From IMG/VR virus record IMGVR_UViG_3300042484_003148, positions 67,284-131,283 of that record: a DNA stretch of 64,000 bases; one strand, given 5' to 3'. Both the position numbers and the translations under genes were made by a program. Numbering within the stretch: position 1 is the stretch's first letter; every line of letters starts with the position of its first letter. The stretch comes from a virus. Taxonomy: Duplodnaviria > Heunggongvirae > Uroviricota > Caudoviricetes. Positions 20,267-29,955 of this stretch are shown one piece after another. Under the pieces are notes generated by a model. The model had not been told where the DNA came from. It worked only from the letters and a program-made list of their open reading frames with translations, and made no database searches.

Positions 20267-21067
20267 ATGGCTAAACGCAAACCAACACCTTCTTATATTA
20301 GAGAAGAACAGGATAATTTAATAACAACATCTAAAGATAAAAGGTTTAAAGAACCGACAGCTAGAGATATTATATCAATTGACGATATACTCAAAACCCC
20401 AATTACACTTTCTACGGAACAAGAACAACTTATTAGATTAGTTGATAAATCCATAGTGACTGTTTCGGAGGGTGGTCCTGGTTCGGGAAAATCCTTTACT
20501 GCGATATATATAGCACTATTAAAATTAGCCAAAGGTGAAGTTGAAAGAATAATTTTATCTAAACCATTAGTACAAAGTGCATCGGATGAAATTGGTTTCC
20601 TAAAAGGAACACTAGACGAAAAAGTAAAACCTTTTTTGGAGTCATATTTTGATATTTTTGAAACTTTTCTAACCAAACAACAAATTGAATCTTTAATAAA
20701 ATCAGGATTTATTAAATTTGAACAAATTTCGTTTTTACGTGGAAGAACATTTAAGAACGCAATGATAATTTTAGACGAGGGACAATCAGCCCGAATTGAC
20801 GGTTTATTTTTAATTTCATCGAGGGTAGGTTTAGGTTCAAAATTATTAATTTTGGGTGATAGATTCCAAGCAGATATCAAACCTTCTGAGCAGAAATTTA
20901 CAGATTTTATTTCTATTCTTGAAAAGATTCCAGAAGCTAGTGTTTTTAAATTTTCAGATTCACATAACTATAGAAACCCTTTCCTTATAGAGTTAACTAG
21001 ATTATATAATGAGTACATGGAAAAACAATTAGAGCCAAAAACAAAAAAACTACTTTTGAAATCATGA
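20267..21067 (+). CDS. phoH: PhoH-family ATPase
   Basis: GGPGSGKS, IILSKP, IGFLKGTLDEK, FLRGRTF, ILDEGQ, LGDRFQAD. Confidence 0.92.
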   Translation: MAKRKPTPSYIREEQDNLITTSKDKRFKEPTARDIISIDDILKTPITLSTEQEQLIRLVDKSIVTVSEGGPGSGKSFTAIYIALLKLAKGEVERIILSKPLVQSASDEIGFLKGTLDEKVKPFLESYFDIFETFLTKQQIESLIKSGFIKFEQISFLRGRTFKNAMIILDEGQSARIDGLFLISSRVGLGSKLLILGDRFQADIKPSEQKFTDFISILEKIPEASVFKFSDSHNYRNPFLIELTRLYNEYMEKQLEPKTKKLLLKS

Positions 21068-21396
21068 TTTTAATTAACCCAGCATACATAAGTTCTATTG
21101 AAATTACCCAACCTTTTTTACTTAGTGAATTAGAATTTATTAATGGTGTGTACCATAAAGTATACGAAAATGAAATTGGACAAATAATTAAAAAACCGTT
21201 ATATCATTTAGACATTGATAATATAATAAAAGGCACTATTACTGAAGATGAAAAAGTTTACGGCAAACCTAAAGTGATTATTTATTATAATAATGATAAA
21301 TATATAACTGTTGATGGTTTTAAAACAAAAAATGAGTTTGATAATTATTTGGAAAAACTAAAACAACATACCACTAATTTTTTATCAGTTATTTAA
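21064..21396 (+). CDS. hypothetical protein
   Basis: 110 aa, ATGA-coupled to phoH. Confidence 0.55.
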   Translation: MILINPAYISSIEITQPFLLSELEFINGVYHKVYENEIGQIIKKPLYHLDIDNIIKGTITEDEKVYGKPKVIIYYNNDKYITVDGFKTKNEFDNYLEKLKQHTTNFLSVI

Positions 21397-21469
21397 AAAA
21401 TAATCAACAAATTATTTGGTTATATAAAAACTTTTTATTAGATTGCAACATAGTAATTCAGAGAAACAA

Positions 21470-22033
21470 ATGGCAAAGGTAGTAACAATTTTTATAGATG
21501 ATATTTTAAGGAATTTTTCTGGTGCGTTCAAAGAATGTTACAATGAGCAATACCCAAAAAATACTTTTTCAACTTTTGATATTTTTAATCTTAATAATTT
21601 TTTTCAGTCAAGTGAAGTTTTTAATGATTTTTTTAGCTTAAATTTTTTTACAATCCTTAGCGCATCCGAGACTAAATATCAAGGGTGCGTTAATGATTAT
21701 TCTAACACAAAACATCTACTTAACTCAGAAGGATATAAAATTAGATTAGTATCAACAGTTAGTGACACTAGACATATTTTTGCAAACTACTTCTTCTTAT
21801 CTAAAAACTTTATTTCAGGTGATGAAGTTGTAATGTTGCAACCAGAAGAAGATATTAGAACAGCTTACAACCAAAATTATATAGTTACAACAAATTATAA
21901 TTTAATAGGTGACAATGTTATTTTGCTTGAAACTGAATATAACATAGAACATGCACATAAATTTAAACATGTTATTAAAAAAGTTTCAGATATACCTAAA
22001 ATAGTTTTTAAAGATAGTGAAAATAATGAATAA
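21470..22033 (+). CDS. HAD-superfamily 5'(3')-deoxyribonucleotidase-like protein, degenerate motif I
   Basis: VTIFIDDILRNF resembles NT5C motif I with the first Asp replaced; ATG at 21470. Confidence 0.5.
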   Translation: MAKVVTIFIDDILRNFSGAFKECYNEQYPKNTFSTFDIFNLNNFFQSSEVFNDFFSLNFFTILSASETKYQGCVNDYSNTKHLLNSEGYKIRLVSTVSDTRHIFANYFFLSKNFISGDEVVMLQPEEDIRTAYNQNYIVTTNYNLIGDNVILLETEYNIEHAHKFKHVIKKVSDIPKIVFKDSENNE

Positions 22034-22367
22034 CATAGATAATTTTATAAATATTCTTGAACAAACAAAAAAAGATTGTTTAAGTATTAGTAATGAATTA
22101 ATCAAAGCTGATTATTTAATTCAACTAGACAATATTGAAGTATGTGATGAAAATATTAATTCATATAACACATACTTTAAAGACAAAGTTAGTTATTTTG
22201 GTACACAATTTAATGGAAAAACAATTCCTTATTTTTGTTATATCAATAACACCGAATTTACACAGATTTTAACTATTGAAGATATTAATAAACTAGAACC
22301 TAATATTGAAATAGAAAAAGTTTATATTGAAGAATTAGAGTTTGCTTTTAATAAATTAACATTGTAA
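22026..22367 (+). CDS. hypothetical protein
   Basis: ~113 aa, overlaps both neighbours. Confidence 0.5.
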   Translation: MNNIDNFINILEQTKKDCLSISNELIKADYLIQLDNIEVCDENINSYNTYFKDKVSYFGTQFNGKTIPYFCYINNTEFTQILTIEDINKLEPNIEIEKVYIEELEFAFNKLTL

Positions 22368-22489
22368 TGAAACTTAAAATAACATATTACGATAGACAAT
22401 ATTCTTTAATATTAACTTGTACAGTAGATACCAGCAATAAACTTGAACTAAAGTACAACAAAAACAGACTTTTTATCTTTAATAGATAA
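22367..22489 (+). CDS. micro-protein family member 4 (40 aa)
   Basis: MKLKITYYDR...NRLFIFNR*; TAATG coupling; same N- and C-terminal signature as the three ORFs at 17804-18284. Confidence 0.45.
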   Translation: MKLKITYYDRQYSLILTCTVDTSNKLELKYNKNRLFIFNR

Positions 22490-22523
22490 AACTTTAAACT
22501 AAAAACAATAATCAATTTTTAAT

Positions 22524-23582
22524 ATGACTGATAAAATCGAAAAAGTTTCGACATCACTTTCAAATCTTAAATCAAAAGACTTCACATTTTATTTTTTCAT
22601 TGTTGAAGAACAAAATGTTAACGCAGGTGTACTTGAAGTTTACAATCAAGCTAATGTTTTAAGAAAACTAGGTTACAATGTAACAATGATTACTGATGAC
22701 GAATACAAAACACCTTTATTTTTAGATGATGAATTACAAACTATTCAAACAAAAAAATCTAGTGAAAATATCACAGTAAAACCAGAAGATTTTTTAATTA
22801 TCCCTGAGATTTTCACAAACGTTTTAGACCAAACTAGAAAGTATAACTGTAATAAAATTTTATTATTCCAATCATATAGTAATGCATTAAGAGGGTTACT
22901 ACCAGGTTTCTCTTGGTTACAAGAATACGGTATTACACAAATTATCACTACGAATGATAACCTAACTAATTTTGTTAATAAATTTATGGGTCCTGGGTAT
23001 GATATTCAAAAATACACTATTGGAATACCTGATTATTTCAAAAAACCAACACTACCAAAAGATTTAACTATTTCTTACTTATCAAGAAATCCACAAGAAA
23101 TGGAAATGGTTATTAAATTATTTTATCTTCAAAATCCCGAATATAAATTTATTACTTTTGAAGATTTAAGAATTAATTCAAAAAGAAAAGATTTTGCTGA
23201 AAAACTAAACAAATCTATCGGAACAATTTTCATTGATAGAATTAGTAGTTTTGGTACATTACCTCTAGAAGCAATGAAATCACATAACTTTGTTTGTGGT
23301 TTAATACCTGAAATGGTACCTGAATATATTGATGAAAAAAATGGTTTATGGTCATATAACATATTTGATTTACCTGAATTATTAGCTTCATTAATTAGTA
23401 GTTTTATTCAAGATAAAATTCCACAAGAATTCTACGATAAAATGGATGAAACTGTAGCTAAATATACACCAGAAATTAGTGAAAATAGTATCAAAAATGT
23501 TTATGAATATTTTATTAATAAAAGAATAAATAATTTTGAAGACGCACTAAAAGAACTTAACGAAAGTGAAACACAGAACTAA
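22524..23582 (+). CDS. GT-B fold glycosyltransferase (GT4-like)
   Basis: GVLEVYNQANVLRKLGYNV N-terminal motif and SSFGTLPLEAM donor-binding motif. Confidence 0.8.
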   Translation: MTDKIEKVSTSLSNLKSKDFTFYFFIVEEQNVNAGVLEVYNQANVLRKLGYNVTMITDDEYKTPLFLDDELQTIQTKKSSENITVKPEDFLIIPEIFTNVLDQTRKYNCNKILLFQSYSNALRGLLPGFSWLQEYGITQIITTNDNLTNFVNKFMGPGYDIQKYTIGIPDYFKKPTLPKDLTISYLSRNPQEMEMVIKLFYLQNPEYKFITFEDLRINSKRKDFAEKLNKSIGTIFIDRISSFGTLPLEAMKSHNFVCGLIPEMVPEYIDEKNGLWSYNIFDLPELLASLISSFIQDKIPQEFYDKMDETVAKYTPEISENSIKNVYEYFINKRINNFEDALKELNESETQN

Positions 23583-23605
23583 TTTTAAATTAATTAAAAC
23601 AAAAT

Positions 23606-24415
23606 ATGTCAAATAACATAAACGTAGTAATACCAATCCATGAATTTAATCAAGAAATTGATAGACCATATTTAGAAAAAGCTCTAAACTCTGTAACTAA
23701 TTCAGAAACCAAACCTGAAAAACTTACACTGGTTTTAACTAAAGAATTAGAATACTACAATATTGATGATTTAATTAAAGAACACAATATTAATATTCTT
23801 AATAACAACTCAGGTAAGACCGACTTTCCAAGTCAAATCAATTTCTTTGCCAAACAAAATGCAACTGAGTATTTTTTAATCTTAGAATTAGATGATGAAT
23901 TATCTGAAAAAGCTATCACACACTTTGAAACTTACTCAAACGCTTACGGTCAAAAAGTACAAAATTTTATACCTATTATAGCTGATGCAACAATTGATGA
24001 CCAATTAATTGCTTACAGAAATATTGAAGTGTTTAGTAAATCAGTATTCCAAGATGACAATATAGGTATGTTAAACAATAGAATCCTTCAAGAATACCAC
24101 TTATTCAATACAAGTGGTGGGTTATTTAACACTAGTGCATTTAACGAAATAGGTGGTTTCAAATCTTCGTTAAACATTGCTTTTATTTATGAATATTTCT
24201 TAAGAGCAACATCTAATGACCAACAATTTATGGTTATTCCTAAAGTTTCATTAATTCACAGAAACAATAGAGAAGGTTCTTTCTTAAAATCACTTAATGA
24301 TAGACATATCAGTAAAGAAGAGGTTGGTTTTTATTACGAAAAAGCCAAGGTGGAATATTTTTTCACGAAAGAACGTGATTTAGTGTATTCTGGATTAGTT
24401 GAAGAAGTTAAATAA
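23606..24415 (+). CDS. GT-A fold glycosyltransferase (GT2-like)
   Basis: NVVIPIH, LEKALNSV, YFLILELDDEL (DxD-like), FNEIGGF. Confidence 0.8.
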   Translation: MSNNINVVIPIHEFNQEIDRPYLEKALNSVTNSETKPEKLTLVLTKELEYYNIDDLIKEHNINILNNNSGKTDFPSQINFFAKQNATEYFLILELDDELSEKAITHFETYSNAYGQKVQNFIPIIADATIDDQLIAYRNIEVFSKSVFQDDNIGMLNNRILQEYHLFNTSGGLFNTSAFNEIGGFKSSLNIAFIYEYFLRATSNDQQFMVIPKVSLIHRNNREGSFLKSLNDRHISKEEVGFYYEKAKVEYFFTKERDLVYSGLVEEVK

Positions 24416-24527
24416 TTAAACAAAGTTCATAAGTATATATTTTTTCTTAAAAACTAAATAATCTTTTGTAAAAATTAGGTTATTTAGTTTTTTTGTTTTA
24501 TAATTGTAAATAATAATAAAAATTATA

Positions 24528-25006
24528 ATGAAACCTAACTTAACAAATTCTGAACTATTAAACATTACCGAAAATAAAAGATTAGATATTCTTTTTACTG
24601 AAAGAATTTACACAGATTATTATCCTATAATTACTGAAAATAACAAACAAAAGAAATTTGGTAAAATCTGTGATGTTAATCTAAACTTCAATATCCAAGA
24701 TAACCAAACCGAAACTATACAAAATGTTCTTATTGAAAAATACGGACTAATTGATAAATTTTATTTCATTAAATAACCATGCAAACACTACTACAACATA
24801 ACCTAATTATAGGTTTATTAATCTTATCATCTGTACTATCAAGTTTCATTGATATAATTTTAGGGTTTTCTGTCAGAAGATTAATCGTGAAATATAAATT
24901 AAAAACATTTATTGAAATATTTTCTACAGCTTTTGCTACTACTAGAAATATCATCTTAATAGGTTTTGTTATTTTATTATTAATTGGAAAAATAAATATT
25001 ATTTAA
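24528..25006 (+). other. two small hypothetical genes (24528-24776; membrane protein 24779-25006)
   Basis: ORF track; the second has two hydrophobic helices. Confidence 0.5.
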
Positions 25007-25113
25007 AAATAATTAAGTTTTTATTTGGTTTATTCATTTTTATTTCTTATTTTACAGACAGTTCAAAATAAGGACTTTTTAACCTAAAATATATTTTTCA
25101 CTTTTAATTTTTA

Positions 25114-26004
25114 ATGGAAAACCAAAATACAAACATTGATGTTCAGGATACTATCAATAACATTGCACTACCACCTAAAGTAGACAAAGGTGCGTTATCT
25201 AGACGTGGCAGAAAAAAACAATTAAATCACTATTGGACTGAAGACACTGAAAAGGCTGTAATAGCTTATATCGAAACTACTGAAAGAGGTTTAAGAAATG
25301 AAATATACACAAAATATTTACACGAGACAATTAATAAATTAATTGATGGGTTGATTCAAAAATATGCATCAGGAAATAAACGACACATAGGACATTGCGG
25401 TTTAGAAGAATTAAGAGCCAGAATGTATCTACAAGTATTTAATTCAATTGAAGGTTTCGATAAAAATTTAGTAGGTAAAAACGGTACACCTGTTAGAGCT
25501 TATTCATATTTAGGTACAATAGCAAATAACTTTTTAAAAAACCACTCAAAAACAAGTTATAAATTAGAATCAAAAAATGACAACATTGATTCATATAATA
25601 CATCTTACCTAGATGAACAAATTAAAGAGGAACATTACAAAACCAGAGACCCTGACGAAGTAGATGCTATTGATTTAATTATCGAACATACCATAGATGC
25701 TTTAAAAAAAGAAGTTAAATCAAATATTACATTAAAAGAAATTGACATAAAAATAGCGAATGCAATTATTGTTATTCTTGAAAATTTTGAATACTACTTT
25801 ACAGAACCAACTGAAAATTCAGAACCACTAGAATATACTAAACGTGGTAAGATTAAAAAACCTAAATTTACTAACTCTTATACAAAAAATAAAGTTTTCT
25901 TTATCCTTAAAGATATTACTGGACTAGAAACAAAAGATGTTAAAATGAGTTTAACTAAATTTAAATCATTATACCAAGAAACTAAAAGAAATTTATTTGT
26001 TTAA
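25114..26004 (+). CDS. phage sigma factor, T4 gp55-like
   Basis: YWTEDTEKAVIAY...NKLIDGLI...FNSIEGFD...AYSYLGTIANN resembles sigma region 2 of gp55-like late sigmas. Confidence 0.75.
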   Translation: MENQNTNIDVQDTINNIALPPKVDKGALSRRGRKKQLNHYWTEDTEKAVIAYIETTERGLRNEIYTKYLHETINKLIDGLIQKYASGNKRHIGHCGLEELRARMYLQVFNSIEGFDKNLVGKNGTPVRAYSYLGTIANNFLKNHSKTSYKLESKNDNIDSYNTSYLDEQIKEEHYKTRDPDEVDAIDLIIEHTIDALKKEVKSNITLKEIDIKIANAIIVILENFEYYFTEPTENSEPLEYTKRGKIKKPKFTNSYTKNKVFFILKDITGLETKDVKMSLTKFKSLYQETKRNLFV

Positions 26005-26006
26005 TT

Positions 26007-26605
26007 ATGCAAATTATAGACAATACTACCAATTACCATCAAGTTGGTGACTGTATAATGACAGGTACAACTACAATAACCGCATCTGCTTGTAATGTCG
26101 GTTATTGGAATGATAATTTTAATATAAACGATAATACAATCAAATTTATATATAACGGAAATAAAACATATACATCTACGACTTTTAAAACTTATTTTAA
26201 CGAACAATTAGTTAAAACTGAAATAAACGACGATTCTGTTGTTTTTATTTATAAAGCTGATGATGCTACTATTCTAACTAATACAGGTAGTTGTAAAATT
26301 TGCTTTAAAGATATTTACAAAGTAATAGATAATAAACTTGTAAAACAAGAAAGAATATTTGGTAAATTAGAACCTGCTAAAACTATTGAAGAAACTTATT
26401 TATTTGATTAATCATGGAAAAATTTTGGAAAGTAACTTATTTAGATTATAGTGGTAATTTACAATGTTATATTGCTAAGGGATTTGATTTATTCAACCTT
26501 CAAAACAATTTAAATTGTTTACCTAATTTCAACAACAACGGTTTGCTTAAAGTTGAAAGATTTATAGAAATGGAACCTCAAAATAAAAGTGAGTTTTTAA
26601 TTTAA
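26007..26605 (+). other. two hypothetical genes (26007-26411, 26414-26605)
   Basis: ORF track; 2-nt spacing. Confidence 0.55.
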
Positions 26606-26673
26606 AAAAATAAATTTGTTACTTTACTTGCAAATTCAAAAAGTAATTAGTAGGTTTGTTTTATAATTAACAT

Positions 26674-26760
26674 AGAGAGTTGGGTGAGAGGTTTAAACCA
26701 GGGCATTGCTAACGCTCCGACCCCTAAAAAGGTCCACAGGTTCAAATCCTGTACTCTCTG
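26674..26760 (+). tRNA. tRNA-Ser(GCT), class II, CCA not encoded
   Basis: Acceptor AGAGAGT/ACTCTCT plus G73; D arm GGT..ACC; anticodon loop TTGCTAA; long variable arm GACC/GGTC; T arm ACAGG-TTCAAAT-CCTGT. Confidence 0.92.
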
Positions 26761-26848
26761 CTTGGCACAGTACAACTAACTGTAAAGATTCTTATAAACT
26801 GGTAAGTTTAAGAGCAGCTAAACCAATTAAAATATAAAGAGTAATAAC

Positions 26849-27088
26849 ATGAATGAAAACAGTATAATTATATTAAAAATAATATTTTGTGTTTGGTGTG
26901 GTTTAGGTTTCATATCTTTCACATACTGGTTAGAAAAAGGTTGGAGAAATAGAGACAATATAACATTCAACTATTCACTTTATTTATTTTTGTTAGTACT
27001 TAATATAATGTTTGGAGCTTTCTCATTCTTTATGACAACTTTTGAAATATCTGCTGAACCATCAATTAAAAAAGACAATGATAACTGA
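26849..27088 (+). CDS. small membrane protein
   Basis: Two hydrophobic helices. Confidence 0.55.
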   Translation: MNENSIIILKIIFCVWCGLGFISFTYWLEKGWRNRDNITFNYSLYLFLLVLNIMFGAFSFFMTTFEISAEPSIKKDNDN

Positions 27089-27263
27089 AACAGAAGAATT
27101 AGAATTCTTACAAAAGAAAATGTTTGACGCTATAACTTATCAAGGATATTTTGGTAAAACAGGTAGTGAATAACAAATTAAAAGACAAGCTGATAATTGT
27201 GCGAAATTATCTATACAATTTACTAACAAAAAGATTCAAAATTTAAAAGATTTAACTATTTAA
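27078..27263 (+). pseudogene. small ORF with internal TAA
   Basis: MITETEEL...KTGSE*QIKRQAD...DLTI*; TAA at 27171-27173. Confidence 0.35.
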
Positions 27264-27346
27264 AAGAAAGACTTATTATGAAAAACACTGATTTTGTTGC
27301 TTGGAATAAAGATATTATTGCTATCTAAAAAATAATTAAATAAAAG

Positions 27347-27377
27347 TTTGTTTATTAAAATATTAATAGTACATTTG
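27347..27377 (+). promoter_or_regulatory. Bacteroidota-type primary sigma promoter (representative)
   Basis: TTTG-N19-TACATTTG. Equivalent sites at 15194, 15423, 19904, 21415, 26627, 28579, 46054, 50549, 52015, 53472 and 62113 (+), and 4719-4750 and 9515-9546 (-). Confidence 0.8.
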
Positions 27378-27389
27378 TAAAACAAAAAA

Positions 27390-27481
27390 GCTCATGTCGT
27401 ATAACGGTAATACGAACTACCTATAGGTTTCCCTGAGTGGTCGTAGGTTGGTTTATACTAGTTCGATTCTAGTCAAGAGTT
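27390..27481 (+). ncRNA. tRNA-like RNA with expanded anticodon loop
   Basis: Acceptor GCTCATG/CAAGAGT (one A-A mismatch), D arm GTAT-AACGGTA-ATAC, T arm ACTAG-TTCGATT-CTAGT; anticodon stem AACTAC/GTAGGTT closes 22 nt; dedicated promoter at 27347-27377. Confidence 0.7.
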
Positions 27482-27557
27482 CTAAATGTTACCTAGTAAC
27501 ATAAAAGATAATCATCGTTAAAACTAAAATAAATGTTAATTTAAAACAATTGTAATC

Positions 27558-28454
27558 ATGGGATTTGCAACTAACAACACGGGTTCATCGAAACCAACAA
27601 CGTATCTTAAAATTAAAACGTTAAGAAAAGTACAAACAGACAAAGATTCACCGATTATCGGTAAATGCTTCACAAACTCTACTACAGGTGAAGACATGGT
27701 ATCTGCAAAAGGATATCCAGCACCATTCTACGGTTATTTAACCAACATCCAACCAAACTTAAGTAATGTTATTAAAGGTAAAGGTGGTCAAGCAGACAAA
27801 CCAGTACCAATGATTAACTTTTGGTTCAAAGATGATTCAGATGAAAATTTCTGTTTATCATTAAACTGGACATCTGATGGTGGTAAAATTAACTTAATTG
27901 TTAATAACTTATTAAACAGTTTAGCTGGTATTGAAAATTTTGGTTTACTTAAGTTAAGTATCTTTAGCACCACAAATACTAAAGACGATAAAACTTATAC
28001 CAATTTCAACATTTCTGTTAAAAACGCAGAAAACTGGGTGGCTGGTTCAAACAATTATGATGTGTTCAAAAAGAACGAAGATGGTAGTGACCCAACTAAA
28101 GCTTCTTGGAAATATGATTTCAAAGATATTCCTGCTGTAGAAATCGAAGAAGAGATTAAAGGTAAACTTAGAAAAGTTGACAACTCTGAAGAACATCAAC
28201 AATTCTTCCTTGATATCGTTGAAGCTGTTGTACCTAAAATCAAAGCTACTAAATATGATGTGATTTCAGGCATTTCTACTGCTTCAAATACTCAAAATGG
28301 TAGTCAAGGTCAATCTCAACAATCAAACGCTTCTAGCACACCTAAAAACGCTCCAAAAACATCAGCTAAGTCTGACGAAGAATGGGAGAAAGAAAATGGT
28401 CTTAAAGGTATCGACCTTAACGCTAAAGTTTCTGAAGACGACCTTCCCTTCTAG
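27558..28454 (+). CDS. putative single-stranded DNA-binding protein
   Basis: Q/S-rich disordered linker and acidic tail ending EDDLPF; adjacent to recA. Confidence 0.65.
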   Translation: MGFATNNTGSSKPTTYLKIKTLRKVQTDKDSPIIGKCFTNSTTGEDMVSAKGYPAPFYGYLTNIQPNLSNVIKGKGGQADKPVPMINFWFKDDSDENFCLSLNWTSDGGKINLIVNNLLNSLAGIENFGLLKLSIFSTTNTKDDKTYTNFNISVKNAENWVAGSNNYDVFKKNEDGSDPTKASWKYDFKDIPAVEIEEEIKGKLRKVDNSEEHQQFFLDIVEAVVPKIKATKYDVISGISTASNTQNGSQGQSQQSNASSTPKNAPKTSAKSDEEWEKENGLKGIDLNAKVSEDDLPF

Positions 28455-28466
28455 AATAAAATAAAC

Positions 28467-28514
28467 ATAAGTATATAACCTTGTTGTAACGATGATGCAA
28501 GGTTGTATGCTTAT
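28467..28514 (+). terminator. long G-U-containing hairpin plus U-tract after ssb
   Basis: ATAAGTATATAACCTTGT...GCAAGGTTGTATGCTTAT followed by a T run. Confidence 0.7.
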
Positions 28515-28721
28515 TTTTTTTGTTTTTGTGTAGATAATAATTTTATTCTAATTGTAAAAAATAAATTATTAAGTTTGTTTTGTTTTTATCAAAACTTTTA
28601 CTACATTGCAATATCAAAAAAATAATTCTTTGTTTTTAATGAATAACAACTTTTATAGATTATAGTTTTATAACAAAGAATATAGATTTTAAACTCAAAA
28701 TATTTTAATATTAATTTTCAG

Positions 28722-29861
28722 ATGGCTAAGACCAAATCAGAAACAGCACCAGAAGTTGTTGTCAACACAGAAGAAACTACAGTACCTGCTAGAGGTAAAA
28801 AAATCGAAAAAAAGTCATTTAGTTTAAGTGATTTTAAAGCTAAAAATAATTTAAATGATGAAGTTAAAGATAAACCTTTAGATTTTATTAGAGTATCGCA
28901 AGCATTTGAAGAATCAACTGGTCTAGGTATCGCTGTTGGTTATTTTTCAATTGTTGCTGGGCATTCGAGCGTTGGTAAAAGCACACTAGTAATGGAAGCT
29001 ATTGTTGGTGCACAAAAAAAGGGTATATTACCTGTAATTATAGACCTTGAAAATAACTTTTCATTTGAAAGAGCGAAATTAATGGGTATGGAATTTGATG
29101 AAATAGTTGATGAAAGTACAGGTGAAATTGTAGGTTATGATGGTTTTTTCCTTTATATTAATTCACAATATATTTTAGATAACTACGATAAAAAAAGAAA
29201 CCCTAAATTAAAGGAACCAACAATTGAAGGTTTAGCTGCTTGTATGAATCATTTATTAGATGAACAAGAAGATGGTAACTTGGATTACTCTTTATTTTTT
29301 GCATTAGATTCAATAGGTGTATTAGCTGATGAAAAAAGTGCATTAGGTTCTAGGAATAATCAATTTGCTGCTGGAGCTTATTCAACACATTTTCAATCAT
29401 TATTAAACTATAGAATACCTGCGTCTAGAAAACTCAATAGAAAACACACTAATACAGTTTTAGCTGTTAACAAGATTTGGTTGGATAACTTAAATGGAGG
29501 AGGAATTAAAATGAAAGGTGGTGACTCGTTATTCTATGCTTGCCGTGCAATTTTTTTACTAGGAAATCAAATTACACATGGTACTAAAAAACTTTATGCA
29601 GAGTGCACTTATCAAGGTCAAAAATATAGTTATCAATATGGAATTGAAGTTAAAGTCAAATGTATAAAGAACCACATTACCGGTGTGTCCGTCGAAAATC
29701 GTATCATATCATCAGTACACGGTTTCATATCAGTTAACGATGTTGACAAATATAAAAAAGATAATAAAATATTCTTATTATCAAAACTAGGTATACCTGA
29801 AAATGCTGATGTTGATTTAAAAACAACAGAGATTGAATCAGATAATGTAGAACTAGAATAA
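28722..29861 (+). CDS. recA: RecA/UvsX-like recombinase
   Basis: Walker A GHSSVGKST, IIDLEN, ALDSIG Walker B, KMKGGDSLFY, KCIKNH. Confidence 0.9.
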   Translation: MAKTKSETAPEVVVNTEETTVPARGKKIEKKSFSLSDFKAKNNLNDEVKDKPLDFIRVSQAFEESTGLGIAVGYFSIVAGHSSVGKSTLVMEAIVGAQKKGILPVIIDLENNFSFERAKLMGMEFDEIVDESTGEIVGYDGFFLYINSQYILDNYDKKRNPKLKEPTIEGLAACMNHLLDEQEDGNLDYSLFFALDSIGVLADEKSALGSRNNQFAAGAYSTHFQSLLNYRIPASRKLNRKHTNTVLAVNKIWLDNLNGGGIKMKGGDSLFYACRAIFLLGNQITHGTKKLYAECTYQGQKYSYQYGIEVKVKCIKNHITGVSVENRIISSVHGFISVNDVDKYKKDNKIFLLSKLGIPENADVDLKTTEIESDNVELE

Positions 29862-29955
29862 ACACTAAAACCCAATAGAAATATTGGGTTTTTTTATAAT
29901 AAAAATAATAGACAAGATACATAAAATAAAAATTTAACTATTTAAAATAAAACTT

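Noticed and set aside
20293-20880. Antisense and overlapping ORFs from the track (e.g. 1611-1835, 1913-2107, 5145-5417, 7358-7585, 20293-20880, 39709-39963, 59133-59369)
   Set aside because: They are shadows of well-supported genes, with no motifs or expression signals.
27414-27430. Alternative fold of the tRNA-like RNA giving a CUA (amber suppressor) anticodon
   Set aside because: It requires C33, U37, no nucleotide 26 and a poorly paired variable region. TAG is also used as a true stop here (e.g. DDLPF-TAG at 28452).
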